Origin: Eledone cirrhosa
Lineage: Eukaryota
NCBI GenBank assembly: GCA_964016885.1
Contig: OZ024742.1
Span: 366,296,001 to 366,360,000, forward strand
Direction: 5' to 3'
DNA length: 64,000 bases
A program made the translations under genes and the position numbers. Each line of letters begins with the position of its first letter. Positions within the stretch are counted from its first letter, which is position 1. Positions 61,501 through 64,000 of the stretch are shown piece by piece. The notes below the pieces were generated by a model. It worked only from the letters and a program-made list of their open reading frames with translations. It was not told where the DNA came from and made no database searches.

Positions 61501-64000
61501 ATAGAGCTTGACTGTGGGTCCAGACTGTGAGGGTCAAGTGGGCGATGTATTAAGTCACCCAGAAAGAGCTTGACTGTGGGTCCAGACTGTGAGGTTCAAG
61601 TGGGCAATGTATTAAGTAACCCAGATAGAGCTTGACTGTTGGTCCAGACTGTGAGGGTCAAGTGGGCGATGTATAAAGTCACCCAGAAAGAGCTTGACTG
61701 TGGGTCCAGACTGTGAGGGTCAAGTGGGCGATGTATTAAGTCACCCAGAAAGAGCTTGACTGTGGGTCTAGACTGTGAGGTTCAAGTGGGCGATGTATTA
61801 AGTGACCCAGAAAGAGCTCGACTGTGGGTCCAGCCTGTGAGGGTAAAGTGGGCGATGTATTAAGTCACCCAGAAAGAGCTTGACTGTGGGTCCAGACTGT
61901 GAGGGTCAAGTGGGCGATGTATTAAGTCACCCAGATAGAGCTTGACTCTGGGTCCAGACTGTGAGGGTCAAGTGGGCGATGTATTAAGTGACCCAGAAAG
62001 AGCTTGACTGTGGGTCCAGACTGTGAGGGTAAAGTGGGCGATGTATTAAGTCACCCAGTTAGAGCTTGACTGTGGGTCCAGACTGTGAGGGTCAAGTGGG
62101 CGATGTATTAAGTCACCCTGATAGAGCTTGAATGTGGGTCCAGACTGTGAGGGTCAAGTGGGCGATGTATTAAGTCACCCAGAAAGAGCTTGACTGTGGG
62201 TCCAGACTGTGAGGGTAAAGTGGGCGATTTCTTAAGTCACCCAGAAAGATCTTGACTGTGGGTCCAGACTGTGAGGGTCAAGTGGGCGATGTATTAAGTC
62301 ACCCAGATAGAGCTTGACTCTAGGTCCAGACTGTGAGGGTCAAGTGGGCGATGTATTAAGTCACCCAGAAAGAGCTTGACTGTGGGTCCAGACTGTGAGG
62401 ATCAAGTGGGCGATGTATTAAGTCACCCAGAAAGAGCTTGACTGTGGGTCCAGACTGTGAGGGTCAAGTGGGCGATGTATTAAGTCACCCAGATAGAGCT
62501 TGACTCTGGGTCCAGACTGTGAGGGTCAAGTGGGCGATGTATTAAGTCACCCAGATAGAGCTTGACTGTGGGTCCAGACTGCGAGGGTCAAGTGGGCGAT
62601 GTATTAAGTCACCCAGAAAGAGCTTGACTGTGGGTCCAGACTGTGAGGGTCAAGTGGGCGATGTATTAGGTGACCCAGAAAGAGCTTGACTGTGGGTCTA
62701 GACTGTTAGGGTCAAGTGGGCGATGTATTAAGTCACCCAGAAAGAGCTTGACTGTGGGTCCAGACTGTGAGCGTCAAGTGGGCGATGTATTAAGTCACCC
62801 AGAAAGAGCTTGACTGTGGGTCAGAGACTGTGAGGGTCAAGCGGGCGATGTATTAAGTCACCCAGATAGAGCTTGACTGTGGGTCCAGACTGTGAGCGTC
62901 AAGTGGGCGATGTATTAAGTCATCCAGAAAGAGCTTGACTGTTGGTCCGAACTGTGAGGGTCAAGTGGGCGATGTATTAAGTGACCCAGAAAGAGCTTGA
63001 CTCTGGGTCCAGACTGTGATGGTCAAGTGGGCGATGTATTAGGTGACCCAGATAGAGCTTGACTGTGGGTCCAGACTGTGAGGGTCAAGTGGGCGATGTA
63101 TTAAGTCACCCAGATAGAGCTTGACTGTGGGTCCAGACTGTGAGGGTCAAGTGGGCGATGTATTAAGTAACCCAGATAGAGCTTGACTGTTGGTCCAGAC
63201 TCTGAGGGTCAAGTGGGCGATGTATTAAGTCACCCAGATAGAGCTTGACTGTTGGTCCAGACTCTGAGGGTCAAGTGGGCGATGTATTAAGTAACCCAGA
63301 TAGAGCTTGACTGTGGGTCCAGACTGTGAGGGTCAAGTGGGCGATGTATTAAGTAACCCAGATAGAGCTTGACTGTTGGTCCAGACTCTGAGGGTCAAGT
63401 GGGCGATGTATTAAGTCACCCAGATAGAGCTTGACTGTTGGTCCAGACTCTGAGGGTCAAGTGGGCGATGTATTAAGTAACCCAGATAGAGCTTGACTGT
63501 GGGTCCAGACTGTGAGGGTCAAGTGGGCGATGTATTAAGTCACCCAGAAAGAGCTTGACTGTGGGTCCAGACTGTGAGGTTCAAGAGGGCGATGTATTAA
63601 GTCACCCAGAAAGAGCTTGACTGTGGGTCCAGACTGTGAGGTTCAAGTGGGCAATGTATTAAGTAACCCAGATAGAGCTTGACTGTTGGTCCAGACTGTG
63701 AGGGTCAAGTGGGCGATGTATTAAGTCACCCAGAAAGAGCTTGACTGTGGGTCCAGACTGTGAGGGTCAAGTGGGCGATGTATTAAGTCACCCAGAAAGA
63801 GCTTGACTGTGGGTCCAGACTGTGAGGTTCAAGTGGGCGATGTATTAAGTGACCCAGAAAGAGCTCGACTGTGGGTCCAGCCTGTGAGGGTAAAGTGGGC
63901 GATGTATTAAGTCACCCAGAAAGAGCTTGACTGTGGGTCCAGACTGTGAGGGTCAAGTGGGCGATGTATTAAGTCACCCAGATAGAGCTTGACTGTGGGT
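55549..64000. repeat. 62-bp satellite DNA array (~136 monomers visible, open at window end)
   Basis: GAGCTTGACTGTGGGTCCAGACTGTGAGGGTCAAGTGGGCGATGTATTAAGTCACCCAGAWA. 55551 to 55861 equals 5 x 62. Confidence 0.98.

Noticed and set aside
55549-64000. CRISPR-like array or coding repeat
   Set aside because: No unique spacers, no cas genes, eukaryotic context, and no long ORFs in the array. The lack of spacers also applies to the 31, 40 and 79-bp arrays.

Overview
This is AT-rich, microsatellite-saturated eukaryotic DNA. The tRNA-SINE and piggyBac-MITE families look like those of an octopod cephalopod (inference). No intact host gene is evident, and almost all long ORFs in the track are simple-repeat artefacts. 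(1) A Penelope-like retroelement (PLE) ecosystem sits in (TA)n tracts: one near-full-length degraded RT + GIY-YIG element with inverted pseudo-LTRs (18.8-25.2 kb), a second GIY-YIG 3' fragment, and more than a dozen short fold-back derivatives from at least six families. Together they carry about 17 hand-foldable type I hammerhead ribozyme motifs, and two unrelated families use the compensatory U3-A8 core (UUGAnAA). (2) A 3.6-kb (TA)n-flanked element (4031-7670) has a 205-bp inverted repeat, an asymmetric subterminal repeat plus terminal hairpin, and two convergent genes split by 43-57 nt introns, one an SGNH hydrolase. (3) The window also holds non-autonomous Helitrons including a head-to-tail array, Tx1, RTE, Vingi-like and R4-like LINE fragments, tRNA SINEs and MITEs. 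(4) There are 31, 40 and 79-bp minisatellites and a >8.4-kb 62-bp satellite with higher-order structure that runs off the right end. All folds and translations were done by eye.
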